DNA of 63,257 nt, the filler included, from Bigelowiella natans CCMP2755 (taxonomy: Eukaryota > Protista > Cercozoa), in the NCBI GenBank assembly GCA_000320545.1. It is 3 parts of 3 records of this genome, joined end to end, with 100 filler letters (N's around TTAATTAATTAA, not from the genome) between each part and the next. Parts side by side here need not be neighbours in the genome. Positions count along the whole stretch, not along the records: positions 28,214 to 59,586 come from ADNK01001563.1; 2 more parts are not named here. One strand, given 5' to 3'. Under the pieces are notes generated by a model that worked only from the letters and a program-made list of their open reading frames with translations, had not been told where the DNA came from and ran no database searches. The number at the start of each line of letters is the position of its first letter. The stretch's first letter is position 1. Position numbers and translations under genes: made by a program. This document shows, one piece after another, positions 36,997-51,900 of the stretch.

Positions 36997-39900
36997 TCAA
37001 TCAAATTTGCCCGTTGTGAAAAACATGAATCTCGAACAGACGTTTACGAAATTCGTGATCAGGGCTGCCTCTGCCTTTGACCTTTCTACCCAGCAGCGTG
37101 TTTTCTGAGCAAGCAATTCGCCGCCACCACTACTCTTACTTTTGCTATCTTGACTGCTCTTATCATTGCTGGGCATTTTTGGACGAGACGTTTCTGGAGA
37201 GGCAAGTACTTCTCTCTGACAAACGAAAATCTGAGCCCGTGTACTTCCTCCGTGAGCCCCCATCGTTGCGATTTCAGAGTGAATACGATACGCTTTAATA
37301 TGTAACAAAACGTCCGTATCCTCCGAGTGGATGATCACCATGTGGTGAGACTTTTGGTGCTGAAACTCTCTTACTTGCGATTTGAATTCATTCCTCAGAA
37401 CACGGAACAATCGACGGCAAACCGCGGCCTCTTTAATTAGTAGCTCGAGGCATCGTAGCGTGGGATCGATCGACCTTAGCATCCTCCGATATGTTAGCCT
37501 CTCAAAAATCGCCAACGACTGTGCGTCAAAGAATAGAGACGAAGAAGCACTCATAGCAGCGGTCGCTTGATTATTTATCTCGTCAGGGGCGTCGTCACCA
37601 ACATCTCCATCTACAAGCCGAGACCATGCGACATCGCGCGTGTGATGAACCAAAGCACGTTGTACGGCCTCAGCTAATAATCGACTACCCAGGGCCATCA
37701 TTCTGTTCGTCTCTGCAGCGGATTGGGTGTAACCTTGAAAGCTATTGGCTGATGTTGTTGATACCCTCCTCTTGCGATCATAGGAAGAAGAGGAGGCTGT
37801 GGTAGTATTGGTTGCTACATTAGAGCTGCGATTAAGATTTGGGTTACGATTCGTCTCCATGGCGAGGCCATTCTCTATGCTGCTAGCCACTTTAAGAAGG
37901 AAAAAATGAAGCTTTACCCCCTTTCTATCACAGGCGGGTGGCCGTCGTTTCCGTCGCCCATTGTGCTCTCCACAAGTCGTAGGATCCTTTTTTCTGTTTG
38001 CTCGCAGTTTCGTGCTGATCTTGAGATCGGATTGAGGATTACCTTTGTCTTGGCCTTGTTCTGTCTTCTCACTCTCGTTCGTCGCGCTGCTTGCATCTCC
38101 TCGTTGCCGGCCTTCATGCTTGTGCTTGAGGAAGACCAAGGCCATCCACTTGTGCCTCCTAAGCTGTGTGACGCGGGCATCTCCTACTTTTGAGTCAGAC
38201 AACGCCCGCCATCCTTCGTTTCTGCCGTCACCATCCAAAACCTTGCAAACGCCGTACTCATTACCAAACCGTTTCAGGCTCTCCACGCCGTATTTCTGGG
38301 GGCTATCAGATAAGACACGGAACAGATCTTCCCCGTTCACGTCCTGCCACCCACTCGACACTTCAAGCTGCGAGTAGGATAGGCTGTTCTTCGCGGAGGG
38401 GGGGGGGTCCGCGAAACGGCGAATACCCCGCAACAGGATCTTCCTAATATCGACGGTATTCAACCCAGCCTGGCGGTCTCTACTGCTACCACTGTTAATG
38501 TAGTTCTCGTGTCCGTCCTTACTAGCTAGCGTGTGAAATAACCATTCCATGTGTGTGTCATAGTATATCGCTGCAAGAGCGAGAGAGGAGAAGAGATTCA
38601 AGGCAAACCCGCGACCGCCCCTATCGATAGTAGGCTCGGTGCCTCTCCGGATGTCAAATCCGATGTGGCCTGTCACGTTAACGACGTGTCGCTCGTAGGC
38701 TACATCAACGATCACGACGCACTTGTTGCCTTCCTCTCCGAAGAAATCCCGATCCCCCCCCAAAGGGCTGAGCACTGTGAGGCGGTTGCTTTGACATGCG
38801 GCTTGGATGTTCGCCCGCAGCTTCTGCCCCAGCCGAAGGACTCTCACATCGCTTTCCTCAACTCCTTTCTTCGCATCCCACGACTGGCGACTCGCCCCAG
38901 TTCCGTCTTCGTGCGACGGCGTCAAGGAGCAGCCGCCCTTACCGGAGAACAGGAAATCGAAGCAATGCGAGACCACAGGGACGAAAACCCCCTTCAACCA
39001 AGCCATCATCGACTTCTCCTTGATGGGGGCAAGGGTGCCCTTTTCCCTTGTGCGGATCATGTTGCGTATCGTTTTGTACCTGAGCAGTCTTTGAATCTCA
39101 GCGTTGCTAGCCGCAAAGAGCGCTTGTGCGCGCCGCAGATGCTGTGCCTCCGCCTCGCCCCCCTTGCGGGCAATCACCACGCCGTTTCCGTTTCTTTTGT
39201 CTGGATGGGGAGCAGCTGATACTAGCCCAATTCCGCTATTGGCTACCCCCACCGTTGCGGCCATTGAGGGAGGCGATTTCGAGCCTGGATCAGAACCACC
39301 CCCCCCCCAAATGCTGGTGGGAGAGATGAAAGCACGAACTGCGGGGCGAGCTGGTGACCCGATGACCATGTTCGGATGCGTGCCTAACAGGGCCTGATAG
39401 AACGCTTTCAACCGCCACTGAGCATGCACGCAGAAGCTTGATATCTCGCGGGTGTGGACCTTCAGCAGCAAGGGGGGCGGTATACGCTGATGATGGTAGA
39501 ATGCAGACTGCTGGTGACGACGCTGCAATGGCGTTGCTAACGCAGTAACAACGGGATCCCAGTCATCGTATACCCCCCCACCGGTTGAGTGTTGTGAAGG
39601 AGGCATTAGGGAGTAGTAGCCGCGGTGCAGAGGGGGCTGCGAGGGTAAAATATGTTGGTGGCGACGATAGTGTACCCCCCCCCCTGGATTGGTGGTGAGG
39701 AGTAACGATGGCTCACTTGAGACCTTGCGCAGAGGGGTAGAGGATGGCCAGGTAGGATTTGATTGCCACACTCGTTGCTGCTGTTGTTTCTTCTGAAGAT
39801 GGAAGTTGACTCGACGGGCAAACATCCCTCCATTCCTTCGTGGGGAGGCTGCCATTAGTAGCGACGTGGATGGTGTCCCTACAGCTATTACCATTCCCTC

Positions 39901-42900
39901 CCCCGTTGATTCTGCCGGGGCTGGATTCACCTGCTTTTGAGAAGGCATATTCATTGGGGAGTGATGATTCGAAGATGATGAATGAGACTGATCATTCTGC
40001 TGAGAGGACCCAGCAGCGTACAACTTGTGTGCAGCCATACGACGCACAGGAAGCGTTCGTGCCTTTGTTTGCATCAGAACCCTCCTTCTAAGCATATCGC
40101 GCTGCGACAACTCCCTCCGACCAACATTCCGCGATAGCTGTAGCCGTGGTGGGGCCTTTCCCACTTTGCCTTCCATGCTCGGCGAATTGTTACTGCTTTG
40201 AGTGCCGCTTCCATGCTGACCTTTTGGCGACGGAAAGCCGGACTTACTGCTTGATCCGAGACCAATGCTCCAAAGGAGGCGACCTTTGGTATTGTCGTGA
40301 GATATCACCTTGTTAAGATGCTCACGTGTAATCGCCAGTTTCTTTGAGTGTTCAATACCCACCTCGTCACGTTCCATATCGCTTGTTTCTGAGTCGAAGA
40401 CACGGGATGTCTCTATGATCTCCGGGACATCTTGCAGCTCGACGTCTGCCGGGATGAACTTATTAAACGCCTCAATGCCCATTTTTTGGAACAATGTTGC
40501 ATGGAGAATTTTGTGTCTGGTGAGGTAAAAGTGGAGCAAGCGTTCCGCGGCCTGAATTACCTTGACGCTGCTAAATCGTCGTAGATTATACAAACATATC
40601 TCGACCTTAACAGTAGTGATCTTGATGATACAGGCCGCGTGTCTCGGCACGCGGGCAGATATCGTCTCCCCATCTACATTCGTTAGGGACACAGCATGTG
40701 ATGAGACTTTCATCATTTCCGAAGGAACGCTATTTTGCACCATCCCTGCTCTAGTTTCTGTCTGGCCACCAAATCCTCCGAGCAAAACGAATCCGTCCTT
40801 CTGATCGCTCGGTGCCAACACATCGCCTAATTTGTCTAATTCTGCAGGAGAGATATCTCGATACCCTTCAAGATTCCCAAGCAACTCAGCCACTTGTACA
40901 GTTTCGTGCCGTTCATAACTAATTTGTGCACGCCACGATTTTGGAATATTTTTACTGTCGCCCCTTTCCCTTTCCCGGCGTTTTCCCTCAGTGAGGACGC
41001 GGATTCGAGTGTGCAAAAGTTTCTCGAATAACCTCCGTAGTTTCTGTGCCAACAAAGGAAGCGTATACATTGGGAATCGGCGATTCACCCGCAAGCAACG
41101 GGTATTACAAATGTAATCCTCGTCTTCGGCACTGTGTTTAGCAAATAAAACATGCGAGAGCCTCGCTGTCGCATAGAATGGCTTCAGTAGAGAGTTAAGA
41201 AACATCTCACTTCGGAGTCCCTCCGCCATTGTCAGCTGATTTGATACGCTCAGAAATATCTCGATGTAGGAACTTAGGCAACCCTCCTTAATTGCATGGT
41301 GGATCTTCTGCATTAATACGTCCAGCTCGACTTTGCCGTGGAGATATACCTCAACAAGGAAGCCATATGACAATTTTGTCGGTGATGGTAGTTGCGATGA
41401 CGGAACTGCTAGCGGCGCCGTAGACACATGATCCCTCTTCATTTCATTTGTCTGGTCCCCTGCAAAATCATTTGCAAAGATGTCTGCATGCCTTGTCCCT
41501 TTCTTATACACCATCGGATCCTTTATGCTTGGTGGATGAAACATAAACTTTCGTTTACGCCGCGGCATGCCTGCATGTGCGTGGCCTGGAACCATGGCGG
41601 TGGGGACATCGATAATGTTGAACATCTTCTCGTGCATTCCAGAAAGAACTTTCTTTCTATGTGACGCCGATTTAACCGGCAAAATTGATGTAACATTCGA
41701 TACGTTACGTAATCGGACACCGTTACCAATGGAATCGCTACCTGCCTTCACTGCCCCCGTCCCTGCCCGCCGATCTGGGTGCACAGTTACAAGACTTACA
41801 AACACAACAGCAAGGCCTTTGTTTGCTAATTGTAGAGACGCCATGTCCCTCCGATATCGCGAAGTTACTTTTTTCCGGCGAGCATGTATATCTGGATTGA
41901 AGACGAAGGAAAGCCGTTGTTGCTCACCCTCTAGACTCAATGTACACTTACGCTGATGCCTCTCTGCCTGCTGCATTTCTTTTTTAGCAGTTTCCTCTTT
42001 CCAGCGCAATTTCTCGCGACTAATCCTCTCTGATTTCATAAGCCTTTCGTCCTTTTTTCGCTCTCCTTCAGTCTCTACTCCATCTATTTTTTGGGCCTTC
42101 ACCACTGTAGGCATCGAGAGGGCGGGAGGAAGATTTTGATCTTCCTCATTAGAATCTATGGGTAAATTGCCACTAATTGTTTTTGAAATGTTCATATCAA
42201 GCCCATTAGTTGAAGCTGCCGTTGTAACATCGGTAGCATCGTTGTCAATTTGATTGGTTTGGCTTGAGTTATTGATTTTTATTTTGAAAGTTTCTTCTCG
42301 AACAACCTTCTTTTCCTCCTCTCCTTCCTCCTTCTCCAAGAAATGCAAAGGGGACAGGAATCTCGAAAAATTCTGCTTGATGTACATGAGCGACAAGAAA
42401 GGATCTGGCATTTTATCCGGAAGTTGCACCAGGGAGCACATTGATGGACTTTTGTCTGATGGACGAAGAAATCGCATGTCGTCTCCGTCGAGCTTAGTCG
42501 ACGGATTTCGAATCAGCACCTTCGCAATTTCGTTTCGGATGAGAGACTGAACCATTTGTTCTAGGTAGCCTTTTAGATGAATAGTGATCTCATTCGAAGG
42601 CCTGTAAACTCCCGATATTTCTAAGACCAATGATGTATTAGACGGATTCAAATTTGTGGGTATTGCTTGCGATGTCTCTCCAACTGAGCGTGTTCTTGCC
42701 CGAGGACGCGCCTTTGTCATGATCTCCCTTGAATCATTGGCAATAATGGCTGTTTCCCTTGACTTGGCTATCTTAACGTTGCCTTTCGTATTTTCATAGT
42801 TTCCATGCCGAAAACGCATATAGAAAATTCGGCTCGTGGCCTGCTCTTTGAAGACAAATAAGTTATTCCCCATTCCTGACACCGTAAAATTGCGCAAAAT

Positions 42901-45900
42901 TCGTTGTGACAGTCGTGTCATCGTCACTTTGGCTCCTAGTCTTGGATGGAGGGGAAGAGAAATTTGTGCTTGTACATCGCATTCAAACTCCCCAGATGAA
43001 TATCCATATAATTGGCCCTGTTTATTTCCCGGAGCTCTGATTAGAAGCTTAGGACACATGCGAGTTGTGTGCAGTTTCATTAAAAGAGAAAGTTGATTGA
43101 CTCTCCTGCATGATTTGTAGATTATGTGTCGAAGTAGCAACATTACATCCTCAATGATATCTAGATCCGCGCCTAGAGAGCAACTGCGAATATCAAGTTG
43201 ACATTCGCTATTTATGCCCATGACAAGCCAAAAAGGGATTTTGGTGTTTTCATTAGGTATTGATGCAGACGATGAAACTATTCCCGCAGGCACTGTAGAT
43301 GAAGGGTTCGTATCTACCTTTGTTCCGCTCGTGATTTTCTTCAAATTTGCAATTCCCAAAGAATCACTAGTACTTTCTTGTCTCTCCATCTCAGTAATAA
43401 AACCATGCATCTGTTGCTGATGTTGTGTTTCTATGGATTTCCTCTCGTCAATTTGTTGATATGCGTTATTCGTAAAAGCAGCATCAATGGAAGGAGGAGA
43501 AGATGGCATTGATTCCGGATACCATTCCAAGTTAAGAGAATCCAAGACATTTGCCAGAGAGGATGAGGGTGCTTGTATGCCAAGATTCATATCAAAACTA
43601 GTAGGTTCCGAAAGAGTCGAGTTTTCGCTATACACGCGGGTTAGAGGAAGAATTTGCGTCTTCGTCTCCTTCTCGTTCAATTCGTCGTCGGCAGGATTGT
43701 CTGTTTTTAACCCTGTTGTTACTGCTGCTCTAAATTCGGTTTTGTCTTCAAGATGTATCTCCACCTCACGACTTATACGAGAGTGATTGTGTTGGGGTGA
43801 AGTGGACGAACCCAGCTTAGTTAGCGATGCAGCAGAGGTAGAAGGCTTCAGCTGATTCCGTCGTCGATGTCGATGTGATGAAAAAGAGTGGAGAAGCTCC
43901 ATGATATGAGGCTTAGGCAACCCTTCGACGTAGAATAAACCTTCGCCTTTCGGGCTTACAACATAACGCACAGGAAGGTATGGATTGCTTTGAAATTGCG
44001 AGGCAAACATTGCAAGATAATTTTCATCCATATCGTTGTTGAGAAAATTTGGATGGTCTACACCCTTGCTGTCACTCTCTTCGTCAGTAAGTGCACTTGT
44101 GAGAATGGGAAGGCCTAATACCTCCCTCTGCACATGGGTGTCGCTCACGCGGGCAAGGTGTTTCTGCAACACACGCAACGTTCGATGCGTAACTGTCGAG
44201 ACACGTTTGAGGCAAAGGATGACCTGCCCACTCACAAGAGACCTTAAATTGTGTACGACTCGCCGCATTTGAACCCGAAGCGGAGTGGGAAGGTGCAAAA
44301 AACTTAAGTAGCGGTGAACTTTAAAAAACCTCAATGCGTCGGTTTCTGACAGCAGCAACTTCTCCGCAAATCCCCCGAAATCTTCTTGTTCAGATATCTG
44401 TTTAGTTGCATACAGTGTCATTTTGATATCGGACTGTTTCTCTATGTGTGGTTCTGTAGTTAATATAATTTGCGTTACCTGCTGTTCCAAGTGCGCGTAA
44501 GGAAATGGCGGTAGTGAGAAACAACTAAGTCGAAGGACAATTCTAGCCTGATTTAGATACACAGTCATCAGTATGTTGAGCAGGAACTGAGCCAATCAGA
44601 GTAATTACGTTATGTGCTGATAAGCCATGTGCCTTTCTGGCGGCTTTAAGGAGATCATCGAAAGAAGAAGACATAGTGATAGGGAAAGTCAGGGTGGAGC
44701 GTTCTCCAGAGCCCTTTGCGCTAGTTCTGGCATATTTCCGTTGATCATTGCGATGATACTTAGAATCCTCATTAGGCTTGCTGCTATATCTGCTATGCGT
44801 TTCTTCCTTGCGATTGTTACTTCTACTGTAGCGCTCTATGGAGACAAGTTCGGCCTTGATGAAAGCTGGGGTTTCTCTTTCAGAAACACATTCTGAGGTT
44901 CGAATGCCATAAAATGGAGCATCAACGTCGTTATCTTCATCTTCATCTTCATCCTCATCCTCATCTTCATCAACCTCCTCCTGGTTGATCTCCCCAACTA
45001 GCACCTCTTCCGTCTGTATTGGGCCGAATCTACCTCCTATCCCTTTAATGACACTTGACCTCCGTCTTCTGACAGCAGACGTTGTTGTAGCACGCCGGCA
45101 TATGAAAAGCCCTTCAGCGCCTGGAATTTCTTGAAACAATGACTTGAACAAATTTTTGAACTTAAAACTCATGGTATTATTGTCACTAGGCTCCAGGTGC
45201 GTCAGATCGATATCATAGACAAACAATACACACATACTCAATGCTTGTGGTAGATCTAAGTTCACCAAGGTTTCTATGCTATCCTTCTTCTCAATGTCGG
45301 TTTTTTTATCTTTCGGATCGTTTTCCCCGTGTACGCCTTTGTCATCATTTTCAAGCGCTGTGGGAACATCAAGCAATTTAGAAGAAGTGTATCGTTGTTC
45401 TTGTTGTATATGATTTCCAAGAGAATTTTTGTCGGATAAGACAGCGATAGCCTCCCTTAACACATTGTAGATAAGAATTACAAATCCTCGTTTATATGCG
45501 TTCGCAGCTACGGTATAGACGTCCTTTTGTATTTTCCGCGCCGCCAACGGGTGCGACAGAAAGTTAGGGTCATCTTCAGTGGTTGGTATTAGATCTCTTT
45601 GTGGGCTTCGAATGGGATTGGCAACCTTTGTATAATCGCTCTCATTTGAAAGTTCTCCCTCACTTTCCACGGGGTTATTTTGACACGTCTCTTCGTTTTG
45701 AAGACATCTCTGGCTCTTACTGCTATGTACCAAACAAATATCGTCCCGAAGGCATGTATAATGTGAAATTACAATAGCCTCTACGGATCCAACTGCCACT
45801 TTAGCAGAAACGGCAGGCTGTTTGTCAGAAATCTCCTTATAGTCCTCTCCATCTTCGTTAGAATGTCCAACATCTACGCGAGGGAAAATCTGCGTGAAAG

Positions 45901-48900
45901 AAATCATCGTGTTTCCGGCTTCCGTACTACTCTCTGGTAAACAGCCGAACGTCTTGCCAGCAACGAACTCATAACCTTTGATATCACTTACAATTGCGTA
46001 CCAAATTTGTTCCTGAAAGTCCCGCACAAAATCAAAATCGCGTTTTGTTTTGACTCCTCTCGGCAATCGAAAACGCGTGTCCGTCCTCACGAACAAGTTT
46101 GATGCCTGCGGACCAAGGAGAAGTTGTAAATTCAACACAGGTCTAATTTTCACCAATCCATTCAAATTCGCAGTGGAGGCGGCCTTCGGACTGATTTCGC
46201 CGAAATCAGTAGGCTGTTCCCACATCTCTCTTCCTGATGCGGTTGGGACTTTATTCCCAGCTGTAGCTACTGACGTTTTACCACTGAAAACCCGATTTAG
46301 ACTTATATCCGACGCGGACCTATAAACAATCAACGTTCAATGAGATAGTAGCAGAGAGTTAATTAAGAGTAGGTTAGCACTTTTTATGTTGGTTTAACCG
46401 TTGTGCCTTTTGGTCCCTTTGTAGGCTGCTAGCTGCCTGGTCGAAAGTATGTAGCGCGTTGAGGCACTGAAGGTCAATCTCATTTGTATCTCTGCAAAGA
46501 TTCTCCCAATTCACCGCGTGATATTTGCTTATGCCAGGCGGATGAATAGTTGTATCTCCCTCTTCTTTTGAGTCGGTAGATGATCCATTGACGCTGCTAC
46601 ATAGTGATAGCCTTATTCTAAGCACACCAATGGTCTTTGTGGCCTTTCGAAACTGTTTAGTTATATTGTACTGGGCTAGCCAAGTCTTCGTTTTCCCAGA
46701 GATCTCGCGGAAGAGAGTGCGGGAACTCAGGGAGCTGTTGGCTAGAAAATACCTACAAACATGCAAATATTGTCGCCTAAAAAGTTCAGAAGGTATGATC
46801 ATTTGGACTGAACAAATTAGAAATTAAAAAAAGAAAACGCTTTTACGTTACACCCAAAGAAACATCGATGAAAATGATATATTTGCTTCTGACCCTTCTG
46901 CGAAACGATGAGAAACTATCGTCTCGAAAGCCCTCTCAAGTGTGTTCGAGCGTAAACGTGCGAAGTGCCACTCGCGCACTTTACCAATCAAACCCTCGTT
47001 ATACTCAAGCTTTGTGGGCATAAAAGCACCCCATGGTCTTGACAGCACTTCAAGCGGCCGCACATTAATCACCTGATTTATGTTATTTACACATAATGAT
47101 GATTGAACACCTGCATGCACATACATCCAACTTCCTGGGATAGAAACGTAAAAACATATATGAAAACACAGAACGGATACCTGGTGACTGAGCGCTTTTG
47201 CATCATTGGCATTGTTTACAGCATTTTCGGGATCATGGCCTTCTACTGCTTTCCCATTCCAACGGTTTGTTTCGATAATACGAGAATGAACTACTTCTGC
47301 AAACTTACGAGTATGTACTCTGCGCTCAGATGGAATCGAATTGAAAAAGCCGAAACGAAGACACGCGACAAACGGTGTCTTCCAACTTAACTGCCCGATG
47401 GCGATGCTGTCCCTCCCTATCAATCTTTATTTGAAATCCGATTAAACGATAGAAAATTTGAAATATAGAGAAAGAAATCATCGTTATCGTTATGGTTACC
47501 GAAGGTAAAAGCCTGCACACGACTCGTCTGCCCACGCCTTCAAGCTTTCATGCAGGGCTGTCTTTGCATCTTGGACTAGCTCCCGTAGCCTGCGATGACA
47601 AAGATGTCAAGCCCGCGTTCAACGGTAGAAACGAATGTTTTCAATTATAACATCAGAACTACAATCAAACGAACACTACCTTGGAGATTTGAGGGGAATG
47701 CAACTTAACAGCTCGTCATTTCCTGAGCCATTTCTGCCACTGGTACAACTTCTCCCTTGGCCTCTTAACCCCGGCCCACCCCCCACTTTCAATACAATCA
47801 CAGAAAACTCGACGTCGAGCCATGTGGACCAAGTTGGACTTTTGGACAAAAACGTCCAAAAGTCTTGAAATCTGCTGTGGCGTATTCCAAGGGAGGATTT
47901 AGTATGTGTGGGGGTGGATGCTGAGGCGGAGGAGGAGGAAAGGGAGGACGATTTCAGGGAACCGGCCTTGGCTCGGAATTCATTGTTCATCGTGCCGGTT
48001 GCGTCCTTTACGGTTTTGTTCCCGCTTCTCTTCTGCTCGTTCCTAACGTTGGCACGGATGATAGAGCAAATTTGCGTAAGGTAAACCAAGACGCGGTCTC
48101 GCTCTCGAATGCCGAGGATATACCTGATTAATCACAATAGTTAAAAAAAACTCCAACGACCCGAGAAAGCAAAATTACATTCGTGATCTCTCCTCTTCAA
48201 TCGCATCAAGCCTTCGTGTCATCTTTCTCCCCCCTAAATTAGCACTGCGGTTGCCACTCCTCTGCGGCATGGTCGTCATCGTTTTGCGAATCAACTTCTC
48301 AAGTGTTTTCGGCAAACCAAGCGCGTACAAAGCAATGTGCATTGTGCTGCGGCTACTGCGACGGTGATTTCGAGTGTTACTGTGACTGCTACGGGTATTC
48401 GAAAGAGGATTGTTTATACTCCCCTTCCTGGTATCTATAGAAGCCCGTCGCTGCTGCGAAGCTAATGACGGTAAAGAAGAAGAAAACGACGAAGATGGAG
48501 GTGACGAATCTCGGACAGTGATAATGTAGAGCAGGGACAAATCAGCAGTCAATACTTTCACCAGCGCAATGATCGAGGAAGTCTTGCTGCTACTACTTAT
48601 CACCACTCCCTCTTTTCCAGACATTCGTGAGTACACAAGTGGGACAAAGCTGTGTGGCGGAAGGGAGGGGGGGGGAGGGACGGCATATTATGGACCGATA
48701 GGCTTAATGAACTTAACAACAATGTATCTTTGAAGAATGATACTAAATAAATAAGATAAATACGAATGCACACACACACATACACACACACAAACACACA
48801 AACACAAACACATACTCACAAAAACCTGTATTATGCAAAAATATATATGATGAACGCACCCTTGCATAATGCGGCACTGAATCGTATCAAGAAGACGCGT

Positions 48901-51900
48901 TCCAGGCATTTTATACGTTAGTAGTCGCACACGCGAGGCCTCTGGGGAGCTCCAGGCTCGCGGCGATCGTTCAATTACTAGCTGAATCTCCGAGTTATCG
49001 TCGTCCCCCCCCGTTTGCTCACTCCCGTGCTGACACAAAAATCCAAAGCAACATTTCACATGTGGATGAACATCAGTGGTAATTTAGCTTTGCTCCGTTC
49101 CGCTCTCCTTTCCTTCTTGCTATGTTTCTTAGTCACGTTTGAACTCACCTCGGAGGCTGCCCTTGACCCCCCCCTGAGGATCTCTAATGCCCGCTCCAAG
49201 ACCAGGCCTAGGGATCCACCAGGGAAGTTTGGCGTGTGGAATATGGGCAGATCTCGACTTAATCGGAGCGAAGATGACGACGCCGATGATGATGATGATA
49301 TTTGTGATCCGAATTTGCCTTTGCGATGGCTTTCGTCTCTACGAGTCCGTTCCGAATCAGCATTATCCACATGACCTCCCAGCATCCCCACACCGCCCCC
49401 GCTGTGCTTAGAGATGATGGGTGTTGCTGAAGCGTAGCGCCAGTTGTTGTCGGTATCTACGACGTATCCAAACGGCCAGATGACTTGACCTGCTTCTTCT
49501 TCACCGATTCCTCCGCTCCCTCCTCTTCCGCTTTTTCCTTGGAAGGCATCTTTCTCTTCGTCGCCACCGTAGCATTGCGGTTGCTCGCACTTGCTGCTCC
49601 GACTGTGTCCCCTTGGATCTTCTTCCGATCGCGCCTTCGCCTCCTCCCCATTTGTGCTGCTGGCAGTGGTGGTTGCCGGGTCCTTGCTGATCATGATGAC
49701 CTCACATAAGATGTCTCGATGAATCAAAACGTTCGCGTCAATGTCGCCAAGGCTAGACCCCGCCATCACCCCGTCGGTGACGAGAAACAAGTACGGCGAC
49801 GCGTTGAGGGCCATTTGAGCGAGAGCGCTGATGCCGAGACGAACCAGATCGGTAAGGCCTTGGTTGTAGCGGTAGAGCCATCATAGTACACAGTTTATCA
49901 GGGAGGGGAAGCAGATCATAATCGTGAGATACGAGCAACGTGATTGCAGTTTTGTTTCATCGTGAGATATGTCAGTGGTAGATAAGATACGCATGTCTTG
50001 TGTGAATAGCACTCATTGAGAGAGAGCAAGTGAGAGAGGGGGGGGGGGGGGGGGGAGGATCTGCAACTTACCTCGTCCAGATTGATTCTTTCGTATCTCC
50101 GCTGCGATAGCTGCAGCACCAATGCCCGGTGCGGATTGATGATGCTGATGCTGATGTTGTCGATGATGGTGTTGCTGATGAAGGTGGGAACTTGGGGTGT
50201 GAGTTATGGGACGTCGGTGGTGATGATAGTCACGATGATGATGAGGAGGAGGAGGAGAAAGAGCACTTCGAGAATGGTAGGAGTCCCTGTTGATGATTTA
50301 TTGGGAAACGGATGAAGAAAGGGAGGAAAAGAAATATATTTAGATAGAGACAGAGTGAGAGGAGGAGAGGAGAGGTGGAGAGGAAAAGACGAATATATTA
50401 ATGAACAAAAACTTCATGTCAACCGTAGTTGAGCTCGCCGTTTTGATTCCACAAGAAAATGAATATGGGAATCGATGCCAGAGCGTATTTTCCTGAGATG
50501 GTAGGGTGTTTACACAAAACGAGTACTATGCGCATAAGATTATGTGTTTGTGTGTTATGTGAGTTTGCTAGACGATGGCCTATTATTTATTGATATTTCA
50601 GGATTATCTACATCTTTCATCAACACGCTACCATCAAACTCTTCCTCTATTATCCCCTTCATTTCTGTCTCCCTTCCTCCCTTGTCTCCATTTTTACTTC
50701 AAAACAACAATGACAACATGACCGACCTCAGGATAGACTTTATATTCTTTCGAGTCAGATGTTGATTCTCAATCACCGCCTAAGGTAAGAAAAGCGTGCT
50801 TAAAGAAGTCGACGACGATGGGGGGGGCAACATCGACGGTAAGTCTTTGGTGGCATCATTTCCCACGTAATGCAGCAAGGAGTGAAGAAAATACAGAATC
50901 AGCGATTGAGCGGGAGCAAGTTGAACTGTTTGTCGAGGCTAGATGTAATTGTTATAATCATGTAATCGGTGTAGCATAAAGCAGCCTTTTTAGACCCCTC
51001 CCCCCTCTCTTTCTCTATGTCGTCCTCCCTTCTATAACCAACCTGGTTCTGGCCACTACTCTTCTCATGAATCAATACAGTAATGAATACCGTGACTCCT
51101 GTTAAGTGTTAAACAGCAAAGGAAAAAGTCTCTCATCTCCCTTTCGATAGATAAGAGCTATGGCAAAGACGATCATTCAAGAGTGCTGCTTGATGATGCC
51201 CCTCATCACACAACCCCTCGTGGCCAAAACAAATTACGAAAATATCTTGAGGAGGAAAAAGGAAAAAAAACAATTTCGATGGTATTGAGAAAGGCAAGGC
51301 CATCTCAAGTGGCATGGCCTTGCCGAAGAGAACCAACGTTGACTTTTTTTCCTTAGAATTAAGGCATTTGCATAATCAGCATTCAAAACCCTTTGCCGGT
51401 AGCGTGCTGTATAGGCTGGAGCTCAAAGACTGGTATATTCTATTGCAAGGGGCATCGCAGAGAACGGGGTTGAAGACAGTGGACGAAGCTCCCATATCTA
51501 CACCGGATTTACGTAAGAATTGGATCAAATTTAATGAAGGTAGAAGCGACACTGCATGAAGGTAGAAGTGACACTGCCCTTGCGCGTTCTACGCTGATTT
51601 ATTCCCCCTTCTCCCACCCTCTAGCATCCCCTCATTTCATGGGTTACAACCGATGACGAACGCGAGGCGGTAGCGCTGGTATTGGAAGGAGAATTGTGTT
51701 TCTGGGAGGACACGGTACTCGCCCTTCATTTCAGGGTCTTCTCCCGAGATTCTACGGCAACACATTCAAGGGAGTGAAGGCTTTAGGTGAGATCTTCCAT
51801 GAAACATGTTTTTCAGAGCTATACACTTCACGGGGAGCAGCGGGTGTTTAAGTACCCGACAATGCGGAAACCGAATTCCTCATTCTCGTATCCTGTTCCC

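Noticed and set aside
38551-39219. Long antisense ORFs within SZT2 (similar ones within DUF5107 and SF3B3)
   Set aside because: Shadow ORFs of GC-rich coding exons with no recognisable motifs.
44543-44608. Apparent programmed frameshift between the overlapping 596-aa and 2532-aa ORFs
   Set aside because: Explained by a ~60-bp GT-AG intron (AAC|gtaatt...aatcag|GCT).
51534-51577. 22-bp tandem duplication ATGAAGGTAGAAGYGACACTGC
   Set aside because: Two-copy local slippage with no further structure.
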